The notes under the pieces were generated by a model that was not told where the DNA came from, made no database searches, and worked only from the letters and a program-made list of their open reading frames with translations. From the NCBI GenBank assembly GCA_951406725.2, contig OX597817.1:18228001-18292000 (forward strand): a stretch of DNA of 64,000 bases, in the 5' to 3' direction. Source of the stretch: Octopus vulgaris. Taxonomy: Eukaryota. Positions 42,100 to 57,321 of the stretch are shown piece after piece; positions within the stretch are counted from its first letter, which is position 1; each line of letters starts with the position of its first letter. The translations under genes and the position numbers were made by a program.

Positions 42100-42460
42100 C
42101 ATGTTTACTGGTCATCACGCTTCGGCTTTTCATTAGGTACTAATCACATGAATTCGGAGCATGGTACTCATGTTGTACATTGGATTATCACTATAATCCA
42201 ATGACGTGCAAATCTCTCTTTATCATGATCTATTTTGTCATTCCACTTGTTGTAAGTCTATGGCGACAGAAGAATGGCGATGCATGTAGGCTTAAAGAGT
42301 TGGAAGTGCATAGTAAGTTACAACTTCTGTCTTTCACCTATGCTTCAGACCATTCAGACCGGCCACGAGATTGAATAGTCATCTGAGAAGTCATGGATAG
42401 AAAGTCAGAAATGCCGTTCACAACGGCAATAATATATGAAGACGGAGCGCTCACCATATA
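42100..42460 (+). mobile_element. Old RTE LINE 3' end
   Basis: ..RLNSHLRSHG* followed by an RTE-type short UTR ending in gacggagcgctcaccata. Confidence 0.5.
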
Positions 42461-42868
42461 GCAACCCTTTCTGTTTGTTTTCACTGTCCTGTTTTTCTTA
42501 CCAAATTTGACCCTCCGCAAAATCTCAAATTTTACTTAATTTGCTGTGCGGGAGCAACTGTTTTATCGAAGGCGTATCTTGTCGTGAATTGCTCGAAATA
42601 CGGAGTAGAAAAACAGCGACAACTGATGAAGGGTCATTCTTTATGTAGCTTGTCTTGTTTTCCATTTGTTTCTTTCTTTGTTCGCAAAAAAGTTCGTATC
42701 CCATGTTTTCGTATTTCATGTTGTTTACGTTCAATGACGACCTGTACCCCTATATGCATATGTATATACATATATATGTAAGCATGTACACATATGTATG
42801 TATATATGCATATATATTATTTATATCATTATATGATTGAACGTCACGCATCCATTCCCAAGTAATTT

Positions 42869-42941
<73 letters not shown>

Positions 42942-42975
42942 ACACAAACACAAACACACACACACACACGCGTGT

Positions 42976-43009
<34 letters not shown>

Positions 43010-43734
43010 CTTTGTGTATATGTGTATATGTTTGTCAACTACCACCGCTTGGTTTTGTTTACTCGTATTGGTTTGTTTACGTCCCCTCAACTTAGCGGTT
43101 CGGCGAAAGAACAGATAGAAGCACCAGGCTTTAAAGATAAGTACCGGGATAAATTTCTTTGACTAAACCCTTCAAGGTGGTGCTCCAGCATGGCTGCATT
43201 TCAGTGGCTGAAACAAATAAAAGATAAACGGTAAAAGATACATGTAGGCCCATGTGTTTCATTGGTTTTCACTGTGTGTACATGTGGGAAGAAATTATAT
43301 ATTTTTTAATGGAAGGAGACAGTGAGAAAAAGATAAAGAGATAGTTTTGCTTGTAAACAACGTTGATCGTTATCTAACTAGCTTGCTTGTTTGGTTGTTA
43401 GCTAGATAGCTTGATAGTTTAACGGAGAGCTAGATAGGAGAATAGATTAATAAGCTATCTGTTATACGTCTAAGTATATATATATATATGTAACAATGCA
43501 AATATTTATATGTTCGCGTATGTGTCTCTGTATATGTAGTTGTGAATGTGCCTGGTCATGTGATACAACAGCCATGTGGGTGATACACGTTTATATCATC
43601 TAACACTTCTCTCTCTTTCCCGCCCTCTCTTTCTCTCGCTCTTAATATCATAGAACGTGTATATATTTGCAATAAGTCAATGACGTAGGTCTGTGAGTGA
43701 GTATATGTTGATGACATATGCTTGTGAGTGTAAT

Positions 43735-45785
<2,051 letters not shown>

Positions 45786-46438
45786 GATAAATCTGTGCGT
45801 TGCTTGTGTACGTGTGCGCACGTGTGTGAGGGCAGACTGAGTGATGGAGAATTGGATGGTTAAATAGAACATAAAGATAGAAGAAAGAAAATATTCGGGT
45901 ATCTCAATGCACACCTGTGTATCTAATGCATGAGCGAACAGTGAGCGTGGATGTATGTGTGTTGTAGTGGTATCTGTATGTGGACGTGCGACTGATGAAA
46001 CCACGTACGTTGTTTCTCGTGTATATGATGTGTGTGAGAAGGATCAACAGATGGAGAATTCTATGGAAGAAAGTGGCTGATATATGAAAAGAAGAAGAGG
46101 CAGAGTGAGAAGGATAGCAACTGATGATGCAGGATGAGGAACAGAAGTTGGCAGAAGAAAAAAATTGAAGAGCGGAAATGGAGGCGGACAAAACCTCCGA
46201 CACACATAGAGAAGAAGAGAGATTACGAAACGTTAATAACGAGTCATAGATGAATTATTGTACCAAGACAAGCAGATTTCTATGTGAGAAGGAAAAATTG
46301 AAAGGTAAGCGCTAGATGGATGGAGAAAAAGGGACCGAAATAAAAAAAAAAAAGGAGGGACGGAAGAAATTAAAAAATGAGAACAGGATGTATAAACAAT
46401 ATAAGTATAATGTGGCATCTGTTTTAGAACGTGAGAAT

Positions 46439-46506
<68 letters not shown>

Positions 46507-46609
46507 ATACTACCACCAGTGGCGGACTAGGTCTAAGAGTATTGACTGCCAGAAGACTAAGGGGGATCACCCGCAACTAGAAGGGGCCCACCCGCAACTG
46601 CAATGCTAT

Positions 46610-46836
46610 ACTCTTTACTCTTTTACTCTTTTACTTGTTTCAGTCATTTGACTGCGGCCATGCTGGAGCACCGCCTTTAATCGAGCAACTCGACCCCGGG
46701 ACTTATTCTTTTGTAAGCCCAGTACTTATTCTATCGGTCTCTTTTGCCGAACCGCTAAGTAACGGGGACATAAACGCACCAGCATCGGTTGTCAAGCAAT
46801 GCTAGGGGGACAAACACAGACACACAAACACATACA

Positions 46837-46899
<63 letters not shown>

Positions 46900-47010
46900 G
46901 ACGGGCTTCTTTCAGTTTCCGTCTACCAAATCCACTCACAAGGCTTTGGTCGGCCCGAGGCTATAGCAGAAGACACTTGCCCAAGATGCCACGCAGTGGG
47001 ACTGAACCCG
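46610..47010 (-). mobile_element. SINE family A (5'-truncated)
   Basis: Matches 1006-1381; internal (TA)n much longer. Confidence 0.85.
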
Positions 47011-47267
47011 AGATTGAATTGTTTTTTTATTGTGTGTGTCAAAAGTATTCTTTTCAACTGTCTACAAACACAGCCAGGCTGAAATAATTAATGCGTTCTT
47101 CCAGGAGTGAATATAAAATTCTCAAACTTGAGGGGATGGGCCCCTTAGATACTAACATGGAAATATATATGAATTCTAATGGCGCAGGAGCCCACTTGGC
47201 ATCAGGCAAGCTGGTAACCTGGCCAGTCCATTACTGACTACTACTAATAATAATGATGGACTCTCCC

Positions 47268-47540
47268 GTCGAAGACGACGTATGAGTATTCAGCACTTTT
47301 CTTTTTGCCGAACGACCTGAACAAATGCATGTGCTGTACATTAACCCACTCCCTCCATCAAATCGACGTTGCCTGATCAGGTGCACGGTGTGTCACACGT
47401 CAGGTGTTGAAGTGATCGCAGAGGAACGTGAAATGAAGTGTTTTGTTCAAGAACGCTACTCCTCTCATTGTCTAGGAATTGAAATCACGATCTCGCGATC
47501 GCGTATGTAAGACGCTAACCACTAAGCCATGCATCCTCAC
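47268..47540 (-). mobile_element. SINE family C-related copy
   Basis: taaccactaagccatgc head; gtgaaatgaagtgttttgttcaagaac core. Confidence 0.6.
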
Positions 47541-47779
47541 TATATTAATAATGATGATGATGATGATGACGATGCTCATGCCTGTTCAATTTTGACTGGA
47601 AGCAACTGACAAGCAAATTTGTGGTACTTAGCAAAATATTTGCTGTAGTGATGTTTTACACCAGGACAAAACATGTACATGATAACACTTCCAAACAATG
47701 AAGACCAGAAGCCATGGTAATCACTGCATCAGGTTATTGCATCAGGTTATTATTATTATTATTATCATCATCATCATAC

Positions 47780-48525
47780 TCATTATTGTATGAAAACTCA
47801 CTGCTTATTTTGCTGGGTATGATGGAAAGTGTTAGCTGTCCACAGCCAGCAGACTAAGGTGACACTTGTTTACTGGTCATGCTCCAAGAACCCTGCGAAG
47901 AATTCTTGCAGTTCCAAGCAATGCTATTTTTCGTAGGTGTTCTACCTTCACACTTGCACCGATCTTTTTCAAAAATGTTGGTAGTTGAGTGCTGATACTT
48001 CCAAGCATGCCAATTACTATTTGTATCACGTCTACTCTCTTCATTGACCACAGCTTCGTATTTCCCACTTCAAATCGTCTTAGTTGTTTATTTTTTCTTC
48101 TTCTTTCAAATTGATCCTGTTGTCAACGGAGCATGCTATGTCGATTATCATACATGTGCTTTCTTTTTTATTCACCACAACAATGTCCGGTTTCCGATGT
48201 CTGGACGGGTGATCATCCAGGATCATTGCATTCCACAGGATTTTGCAATTCTCATTTTCTGGAGTTTGCTCATATCACGTCTTTGCTCTTTGTAGGCCGT
48301 GATTTGCACAGAGCTCCCAATGGCTCATTCTTACAATGTTGTCATGGCGTCTTTTGTATTCGCGTTGTGCCAGTTTCGGGCATTCGCTAACGATGAGCCA
48401 TACACTTTCATCCCTCTCACCACACATTCTGCGTTTGTCACTATCGGTAGTCTTGTCTATTCTGCACTTCATATAATTGGTCCTTAACGCTTGTTCCTGA
48501 GTGCTTCTGTCTCTATCTTCAGGTC
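47780..48525 (-). mobile_element. R4/Dong-like LINE 3' part
   Basis: CRIDKTTDSDKRRMCGERDESVWLIVSECPKLAQREYKRRHDN; LWNAMILDD..HRKPDI; KIALLGTARILRRVLGA*. Confidence 0.9.
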
Positions 48526-48559
48526 ACTGAAGATAGAGACAGAAGCACTCATGTTGTGC

Positions 48560-49225
48560 CTGAGGGATGCATCAAAGGGAAACGGTGCTGATAATTACAG
48601 ACCAATTTCCTGCCTCCCATTAATGCGGAAGTTACTGTCAGGAGGAATTGCAGAATAACTGCATAAATTTCAAGATGAGAACGATATATTACCGTCGCAA
48701 CAAAAATGCTGTAGAAGGAGATGCAGAGGTACCAAAGATCAGCTATTGATAGACAAAATAGCAATGCAAGATTGTAAACGAAGGAGAACAAATCTAGGAA
48801 TGGTCTGGACTGGTTATCGCAATGCTTATGATATGATTCCACATTCGTAGATCGTCGAGTGCTTTGATCAGTTGTGGATTACGAGTAATGTAACGTGCTT
48901 CCTGGAGAGAAGTATGATGGGATGGAAAACTGAACTGACATCTTACGGAAAAAGCTTGGGCACCCTGGGTATCAGAAGGGAGATTTTCTAGTGCGATAGC
49001 CTATCTCCGTTGTTTTTGTTCTCTGCATGATACCCCTGACCTTGGTACTTAGGAAAATGAACCTGAGGCACCGACTAAAGGCAAGATCCTAAACAATCAA
49101 CGACTTCCTCTTCATGGATGATTTGAAACTGTGTAACAAAGATGAGACATAAGCGAGTTCTTTGGTGAACACGGACCACTGTTTTAGTACTGATATTAGA
49201 ATGGAATTTGGACTCAAGAGGTTTG
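48560..49225 (+). mobile_element. R4/Dong-like LINE RT segment, inverted relative to 47780-48525
   Basis: [58 protein letters not shown]. Confidence 0.9.
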
Positions 49226-49229
49226 TGTG

Positions 49230-49573
49230 GATGGATGGATAGAATGAGGAAGGCTTTGGTTGTTAGAGGTGTTGGAGTGAGAGAGGCAAGAGAGTTTATT
49301 AATGATAGGAAAGCTTGGAGAGTGTTTGTGAATTGATGTTCCTCAAAGGGGTACGGAACCAGTATGATGCAGCGGGATGGGGGCTAAACCAGCACATGCT
49401 GTCGGGCCCCGCTGCTGACATCAGGAGTTGCTTTTCTATGCCTTGACCCGAGAATAGGAAGGACGGAGTTCGCCTCTATTGAGCTGGGAAATGAATGGAA
49501 TGCCAGGTGTGTGTCTTGTTATGGCTACTCCCTCCTATGGGGAATAGGCATTGGTAAATAAAATAAAATAAAA
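49230..49573 (+). mobile_element. 3' end of an RTE-like LINE with (TAAAA)n tail
   Basis: VREAREFINDRKAWRVFVN* (DR..WR motif), then a GC-rich UTR and tail. Confidence 0.6.
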
Positions 49574-50114
49574 ACGATAGGCACAAGGCCTGAGATTTGG
49601 AGTAGGGGGATGGTCTAACTCCAGTGTTTCACATCGACCACACCACGAAAAGACGAGTGGCTAAGTAGTACACCTCGCCGGAATTTGAACTCAGAATGTA
49701 AAGACAAATCAAATGCCACTATGCAATTAGCCCGGCGTGCTAACGATTCTGCCAGCTTGCTACCTTAACTACAACAATAATAGCAACATCAACAACAATT
49801 ATCCTTTATACTATAGGCACAAGGCCTAAAATTTCAGAAGGGTCTAGTCTACTGGTACTTAATTTATCGTACCCTCAGAGGAAGAAAGGCAAGTTGACCT
49901 CTGTAGAATTTGAACGTGAGCATTTTATCCAGCGTGCTAACGATTCTGCCTGCTCGCAGCTTTAACAATGATGATAATAATAGAAGTTATATTCATGATC
50001 GACGACAATAAAGCATACGATAACGAACCGCACTATTTTCTCAAACCCACACTCACTGACATGCCTTCCAGTTTCATAAGCGAAACGAAGTTCCATAGCA
50101 TTTTCTATAACTGG

Positions 50115-50511
50115 TTTTACTCTTTTACTTGTTTCAGTCATTTGACTGCGGCCATGCTGGAGCACCGCCATTAGTCGAGTAAATCGACCCCGGGACTTAT
50201 TCTTTGTAAGACCAGTACTTATTCTATCGGTCTCTTTTGCCGAAACGCTAAGTGACAGAGACGTAAACACACCAGCATCGGTTGTCAAGCAATGCTAGGG
50301 GGACAAACACATACACATACACACACACACATATATATATATACGACAGGCTTCTTTCAGTTTCCGTCTACCAAATCCACTCACAAAGCTTTGGTCGGCC
50401 CGGAGCTATAGCAGAAGACACTTGCCCAAGATGCCACGCAGTAGGACTGAACCCGGAACCCGGAACCATGTGGTTGGTTAGCAAGCTACTTTACCACACA
50501 GCCACGCCTGC
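50115..50511 (-). mobile_element. SINE family A, full length
   Basis: Matches 1006-1381. Confidence 0.85.
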
Positions 50512-51086
50512 ATTTTGTCAAATATTTATTTATATTGTACATAGGTTTGTATCTGTATACTCAACATATTTAGTTAGTTTTTATATAAGTGAAACGGAAG
50601 AAATGAAGCACATATTACGTATAACAAATTTGATGACGATACCACTTGTTGTTTTAATCTAATTTAGAAAATTTTCATCAAATAATTACGTGCATTCGGT
50701 ACAGAATGTTGAGGAAATTAATATATATTAATGTTATCTGGGTCCGTTAAAGCAGGCATACCGTATGCTAAGAAACATGATTACGCAACTCCTGTTTTTT
50801 TTTTGGCCATTAATTTATTAATGTGTGTATTTGCCTCTGTATGTGTATGGGTGTAAGTGTGTAGAAATCAGAATGACACACGCGATCAAACTCAAAAAAT
50901 GTGGTATGTTTGGACGGAAATGATATCAGTTTAGTTTGACACATGCGTGGAAGAAAAGCGGATGTCTGCTCAGAGCACAATATTTTAAAAGATCATATTA
51001 AGATACATACATACATACATACACACATACGTGAATATATATATATATATATGAAAATAAAAAGGGGTTTGTATGATTGTGTATAG

Positions 51087-51167
<81 letters not shown>

Positions 51168-51974
51168 CATACGGGAATGAATATATATATATATATATAT
51201 ACATACACACATACGTGAATAGATATATACATACATACACGCGCCTACGTGCATACACACGTACTTATACGAGTGTGTGTGTGTGTGCATATATATGTGT
51301 GCGTGCATAAATAAAATCAGAAATAAGTAGATGGATAGAATTATTGGGTGTAAAACATAAAAAAGGGTGAGATGAACAGAATAAGAAGGATGGCGATAGA
51401 GAGAAGATATTTAGAGGTGGTGATGGTGGTAGTGGCAGTGTGATGATGGTGGAGACAGAAATTAAAGATAATGGTTGAGGTGATCCTCAGTCTTTCAGGT
51501 GAAAAAAAAAAAAAAGAAATCTAGAGAGAAACCAAAAATTAAAAATAAGGGGAAAAATATATAAAAAAAATAACAGATTAAATTAATATAAAGAAAACCC
51601 CCAAAAAAAAACGCACTACTATCCACCACCACCAGACACCGCTCCACTAACAAATACCACCACCACCACCACCAACAACAACAACAGCAACAACCACAAC
51701 AACAACAATAATAGCAACTACAACACTAACAACAACAACAACAACAACCACAACAAAAGGAACCGCCATCATTCGCCATCAAAACTATCAAGGCTTCGCA
51801 AATGATCAAAAGCGACTATAAAAGATTTTTCAACAAGTTGCTAAAAAACAAACAGAACAGAAACGAAAATTGCAACGTGGATATTATCGTAAGTCGTGAA
51901 GCATGAAGTAATTGATTGTAAAGTTTCAGTGAAACGTTTCACTTTCAAAAATTTAGGAAAATGTTTTAATCCTA

Positions 51975-53235
51975 ATATTGATTTCTAACATAGGCAGAAG
52001 GCTAAACACTTTTAAGGGGTTAAAGGTTCAATTCGATTTAATTGATCTGAGTACTTGACTGGTGGTACCTTATTTAGTCATTCTTGCTGTTTACCCCCCA
52101 AATCAGTCTTGATCGAATAGACGTATGATCAAAGACATTCTAACCGTGGTCACTCATTCACTTTCCCTGACATAGTTTATCTGGGACTACATAATTCTAT
52201 GTGCCCTTCTATAGGCTATGATTTGAGAAATATTTGGCTGCTATTTTTTGTAGGTCGAGTTAATTTTTTGGTACTTTATCATCGATGCCACAAGGATTAA
52301 AAGCAAAACCACATTTTTAATGATCATGTCCTTCCATTTTTAAGACGACAGGCTATGATTTAAGGGCTAGTCTATTGCTATTTCTTGAGTGATCTCGTAG
52401 AGACTGTCTCGCTGTTTCGTGGTTTGTGGCACTTAATCAATACCGCAAAGATGAAGGGCAAAGTTGACGATAATATTTGAACTTAGAATGCAAAATGGAC
52501 ATAATTATATACTGCATGGTATCTTATGAGCCGCTCTTTCGATTACTTCATCCACTGTCCTTGGTAATTATTTCTAGTGTAAATACATAACCAAAATTTC
52601 GGATTAATCAATACTATCGAATCTAGTACTAGATTAGTACTTTATTTCATCGACCTCAGAGGGATGGAAGGCAAGTTGACCTTAGCAGAATTTGAACTCA
52701 GAACGTAAGCAATCGGAACAAATTACACCATGTCTATTTTTCCGTCGCTCTTACGATTTTTCTTATCCATGGCCTTACTACCCAGCTTTTGGTAATAATG
52801 ATTTCTGAAACGGGTAAAATAACTTAAATTTGGTAAGAGGGGCAAAATCAATCACATCGATTTTTGTACTTAATTGGTGCTAGTTTATCGATTCCAGAAT
52901 AATGAAAGACAAAATGGAATCCAACAGTATATTAAACACACAAGTTAAAGTAGCATAGTTTAATGCTGGAAAGCATTTCCTCCAGGTTTGAACCGATTTT
53001 ATCTTCTTAATCTTAATTTTAAAAAAGTAGGCGCGAGGTCAAAAATTTTAGGAACTGTGGTAATCGATTTTATCAACCCACTATTTGATTGTTTTGTATG
53101 TTATTGTTTTATATTATAAATCCCCAAAGGATGTAAGGCAAAGTTGACTTTAGTGGGATTAGGAACTCAAAATGTAAAGGGACGTAACTAAAAACCACAG
53201 GGTACTCCACCGATTCTGACATCCATCGTCCTTTA
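51975..53235 (-). mobile_element. Cluster of about five old, degenerate SINE-B-like copies
   Basis: Recurring g.tacttt..atcga...ggat.aaggcaaagttgac...gaactca units. Confidence 0.55.
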
Positions 53236-53797
53236 TATTAATCCTAATATTGAAGATTTAAATTGTTTCTCAATTTCGCTTTTTATTCCTGAATAATTAT
53301 GTTTCCTTGCTCTTTCATGTCTGTTTATTTTAGATTTTTATTGATTTAATTTTAGTTTTTCAATGTTGCTGTTGTTTTGATATGGTTGGTACGATGTTGT
53401 TGTTATTTATACATAGCATGCATTCACTTCATTAAAACGAAGTGCTTCAGCTCAATACGTCAGAACTCACAGCTTCCCAAGGGCACCTGATCGTATTATA
53501 TTTTACGAATTTCATTAGCTGTTTTCTGCCAATGTTTCCTCGGATTCTAGAATACGTTTGAATGTCAATGACGTGACATACTCACAGACAATCTGTCACA
53601 CGCTTAGTCACTTGCAAACACGCACACACTCATACACACACACACACACACACGGGCGTGCGCATACACAAAGCACGTATGCAATCGCACACACGCAAAC
53701 ATAATTCTTGCGAATAGCTGTCAGAATTTGTTCTTTATTCGTTTTGTCAAAAATAAAAATGAATATTGTTTTCTTTTCTTCTGTTGATGTTTGAAAG

Positions 53798-53879
53798 GAT
53801 ACCAAGGCACCAGATTTATTACAGTTCAAACCTTTCGAAAATCTTATTATATTGTCACATGAGGTGAACATGACTTCAG
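53798..53879 (+). other. Candidate 82-nt internal exon of an unidentified host transcript
   Basis: Polypyrimidine tract ttttcttttcttctg..aaAG| and CAG|gtaaga donor; one open frame DTKAPDLLQFKPFENLIILSHEVNMTS. Confidence 0.3.
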
Positions 53880-54475
53880 GTAAGAATTAAACTATGCAAC
53901 TAACAAACGTGTACATCTCCATTCGCATGCACAGAAAGTTGTTTATCTAGTCAATTCTTTGTTAGGTCAAAGACAAATTGCCTTGAAAAATCCAGTGTTT
54001 ATCATGCTTCTGTTAAATCTAACGCGAGTGGCATCTCTTATAACGGGTTTAAGAGTAGAGCTATTCAAATTTGGATTACACTTGGACTACTATGCTTCCA
54101 GAAGAATTCAGAGAAACTGAGTTTCGGTTAATATCTCACGGTGTCCGTTAAAATCCGCTAGAAATAATCAACAACCTGATACCTTCCTTCATATATATAT
54201 TAACCGGAAGTTGACTTTCTGAACATATTCATCTGCTTTCTTGAATTTCCCAGCAACCAAGTTGCTCATAAATATATATCTTTACCGTAACAAAGTATCC
54301 TGTATGGATTCTATAGTTTGGCAAGAATAAGCAGTATTTCTATGGTCGGTTGAATCCCAGCACAAGAAAAAAACTAGTCTGGTTTATGAATCTTTTCTGT
54401 GTAGGAATATACTGTACACCTAAAGGCAAGATGTTTCTTTCTGCTTGTATATACTGTATTACTATTCTGTCTGTG

Positions 54476-54780
54476 AAGGTGCATGGCTCAGTGGTTAAAG
54501 CGTCAAGCTCACAATCATGAGGTAGTTTGATTCTTGGACCAGGCTGTGTGCTGTGTTCTTGAGCAAGATACTTTATTTCACGTTGCTCCTTTCCACTCAG
54601 CTGTAGGAATGAATTGCGACGTCACTGGTGCCAAGTTGTATCGGCCTTTGCCTTTCCCTTGGATGACATCGGTGGTGTGGAGAGGGGAGGCTGGGATGTA
54701 TGGGCGACTGTTAGTCTTCCATCAACAACCTTGCTAGGTGCAATCCCATGGTCATTCATAACCGAAGGGGGTCTTTACAC
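54476..54780 (+). mobile_element. SINE family C variant (partial copy at 56850-57055)
   Basis: ggctcagtggttaaag head; cttgagcaagatactttatttcacgttgctcc core; the tail gtggagagggga.gctgg.atg is shared with 56920. Confidence 0.8.
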
Positions 54781-55444
54781 TTTGCCCTTTATTTTGTCAG
54801 AATTGGACAAAGATGTATGAATATATTCTGTACTAATGTACAGTATTCAAGCAAAAGACTATTAATGCAGCAGTAATTTATCAACCGAACTAACAAACAA
54901 ACATGTGTTGTAAATTGGAATTGAAGAATCTAACTTGCCTAACACATAGTAATAATGGGTTTATAAGTAGTGACTCCGAAGAACTGAAAAGATTATATAT
55001 AATTATCGAAAGAATTCCAGCATATGAAAATTAATCTGGCTGGTCTCCGTCTTTTTTGCCAACAAAGATATTGTGCAAAAAACAAACAAACAAAAGACCC
55101 CCAAACAAGATGCTTACATCTGTTTATACATCAGGTGAGCATACCATACAATAAGAGTTCCGTGTAGAAATTGGTTGAAAAGCCCCATTTATGTGCATCT
55201 TGGTAGTTAGGAAGAATTCGTCGGCAACTTAACTGTGTGCAGAACTAGGTGATTTACATTAATGTCCATTATACTAAGATATCCCAACTGGATTCGATGT
55301 ACTGAAAGGATGCTGAGTTCAAAATGGATTATCATTCTAAGACAGACATATTAATGGAAGTGACCTATTTGTTTGGACAGTTAAGTAGCTTATGAATTGC
55401 ACTGCAGGCAGGAGTAAAGTGAATTGTAGCAGCAAATGTTCAAC

Positions 55445-55505
<61 letters not shown>

Positions 55506-55670
55506 CATACATATATATATATGTATGTATATGTATATATATTTATAAGCATATACATATATTAATACATATACATGTATGTATATATGTATGTGCATGT
55601 AAGGCATACCTACGAATGTATACATATATGTAAATATATATATGTATGTATATATGTAAACATACACACA

Positions 55671-55737
<67 letters not shown>

Positions 55738-55802
55738 CAATGAGAATTATGAACGGAAATATATGAGGAACAAAATTTGGCAAATAAGGTAGTAGATAAA
55801 TG

Positions 55803-55838
55803 CTTTAACTTTTCAGACACTAGTCCATCATCAGAAGA
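55803..55838 (-). ncRNA. Minimal hammerhead ribozyme motif
   Basis: ctt-CTGATGA-t-GGAC-tagt-GTCT-GAAA-agtta-aag. Confidence 0.5.
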
Positions 55839-57069
55839 AAAAGAGAGAGAGAAACAATTGTGATTAAGAGATTGAGTGAGCGAGAAGATTGAAATAACAA
55901 CACGAACAAATGATTAGAAATCAGCTAGAAACGATATTTTATGGGAGGTGTTAAGAAGGCAGAAAGAATGCAAAGTGTGTGCAGTTTGTGAAAGATTTGG
56001 GAAAATAGCGCGAGGAAGTGTCAGAAAATGTGAGGAGAAAAGACAGAAACAAAGGTAAAATTATATCAAATAGAAAGGGATAAACGGGGATGGGGAAGAA
56101 GAAATATAAAGATAAAATGTTGTGCAAAGAGCTGTTTAAAGATGATGCAAGGCAATTTAGCCTCTGATCTAATGTACAATTCGAAGTTGGAGCTCTGAAC
56201 TCGAATGTAGAGGAGGTCGCATAAGTGTTATTTATAAGGTGCAAATATCATGAAAAATTGAAGGTACTGTACAACACGAGAAGTGTTTGACAAAGGAGGT
56301 ATTAACCCGTAGTTTAATTTCCATGCATTCATCTTTCATCAGACAAGAGAAAGAGAGATGCAGAGAGAAAATAAAATAGTTAATGAGAAGAAAAAAAATG
56401 AAGGAAAGAAAAAAACAAAAATATAGGAATGAAGCTATCCCTTTGTCAATGAGAAATGTCAGAACGTTGCGGAAAAATACATTCAGAGTACTCTGCATGG
56501 GTAACATAAGTTGTATCGCTTACATAAATATCAGGGACTATATATTTGAACCTAGGCAGTAAACGTTCGTTTACTTAGGCAAAATATTTAGTCCCCAATA
56601 GCGCCCAACGTGTCTAATCGTAGCTGGTTTTATATATAATGGTTTTATATTTATGTGAACAAATGTTATACTTATCAAGAATTACTGCTAAATATACCAC
56701 GCAAAAACAATATATAGATGGACATATAGATCTTTCAATCAACGACTACTCTATTTTTGTTTTCAGCTGACAGCTTCTCGTTTAATTACACAACTTAGGA
56801 GGTAGATAGCGTGTCTAACTAAATAACTAACTTACTAATATATATATATAGAAATGAATTGCGATGTCACTGCAGCCAATTTGTATCGGCCTTTGCTTTT
56901 CCCTAGGATTACATCACTGACGTGGAGAGGGGAAGCTGGTATGCATGGGCGACTGCTGGTCTTCCATGAACAACGTTACCCGGACTTCCATGAACAACGC
57001 GTGCCTCGGAGATGAACTTTCTAGGTGCAATCCCATGGTCATTCATGACTGGAGTGGGATCAAATATAT

Positions 57070-57284
57070 TTTTTTCAAAATGTAACTACATGTGGATTGT
57101 TGGCAATTTTTCCCCCGTCTTCCTTTTCTCTTAGACTTTTGTCTCCCGTTTCTAAAGAAGAGCTTTGCTCAAAACGTAAAACACCCTTACTTTCCTTCCC
57201 CGAGCCTCTTTTGATACTTTGCATGCACCACGCCCTCGCGTTGTTGTTTTTTCTTGTGTTTTTTCTTCGATTTGTTTTTAGGAT

Positions 57285-57290
<6 letters not shown>
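57070..57290 (+). mobile_element. Repeat F, second (older) copy with decayed hammerhead at 57148-57182
   Basis: gttt-CTAAAGA-a-GAGC-ttt-GCTC-AAAA-CGTA-aaac; homologous to 5478-5700. Confidence 0.65.
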
Positions 57291-57320
<30 letters not shown>

Positions 57321-57321
<1 letters not shown>

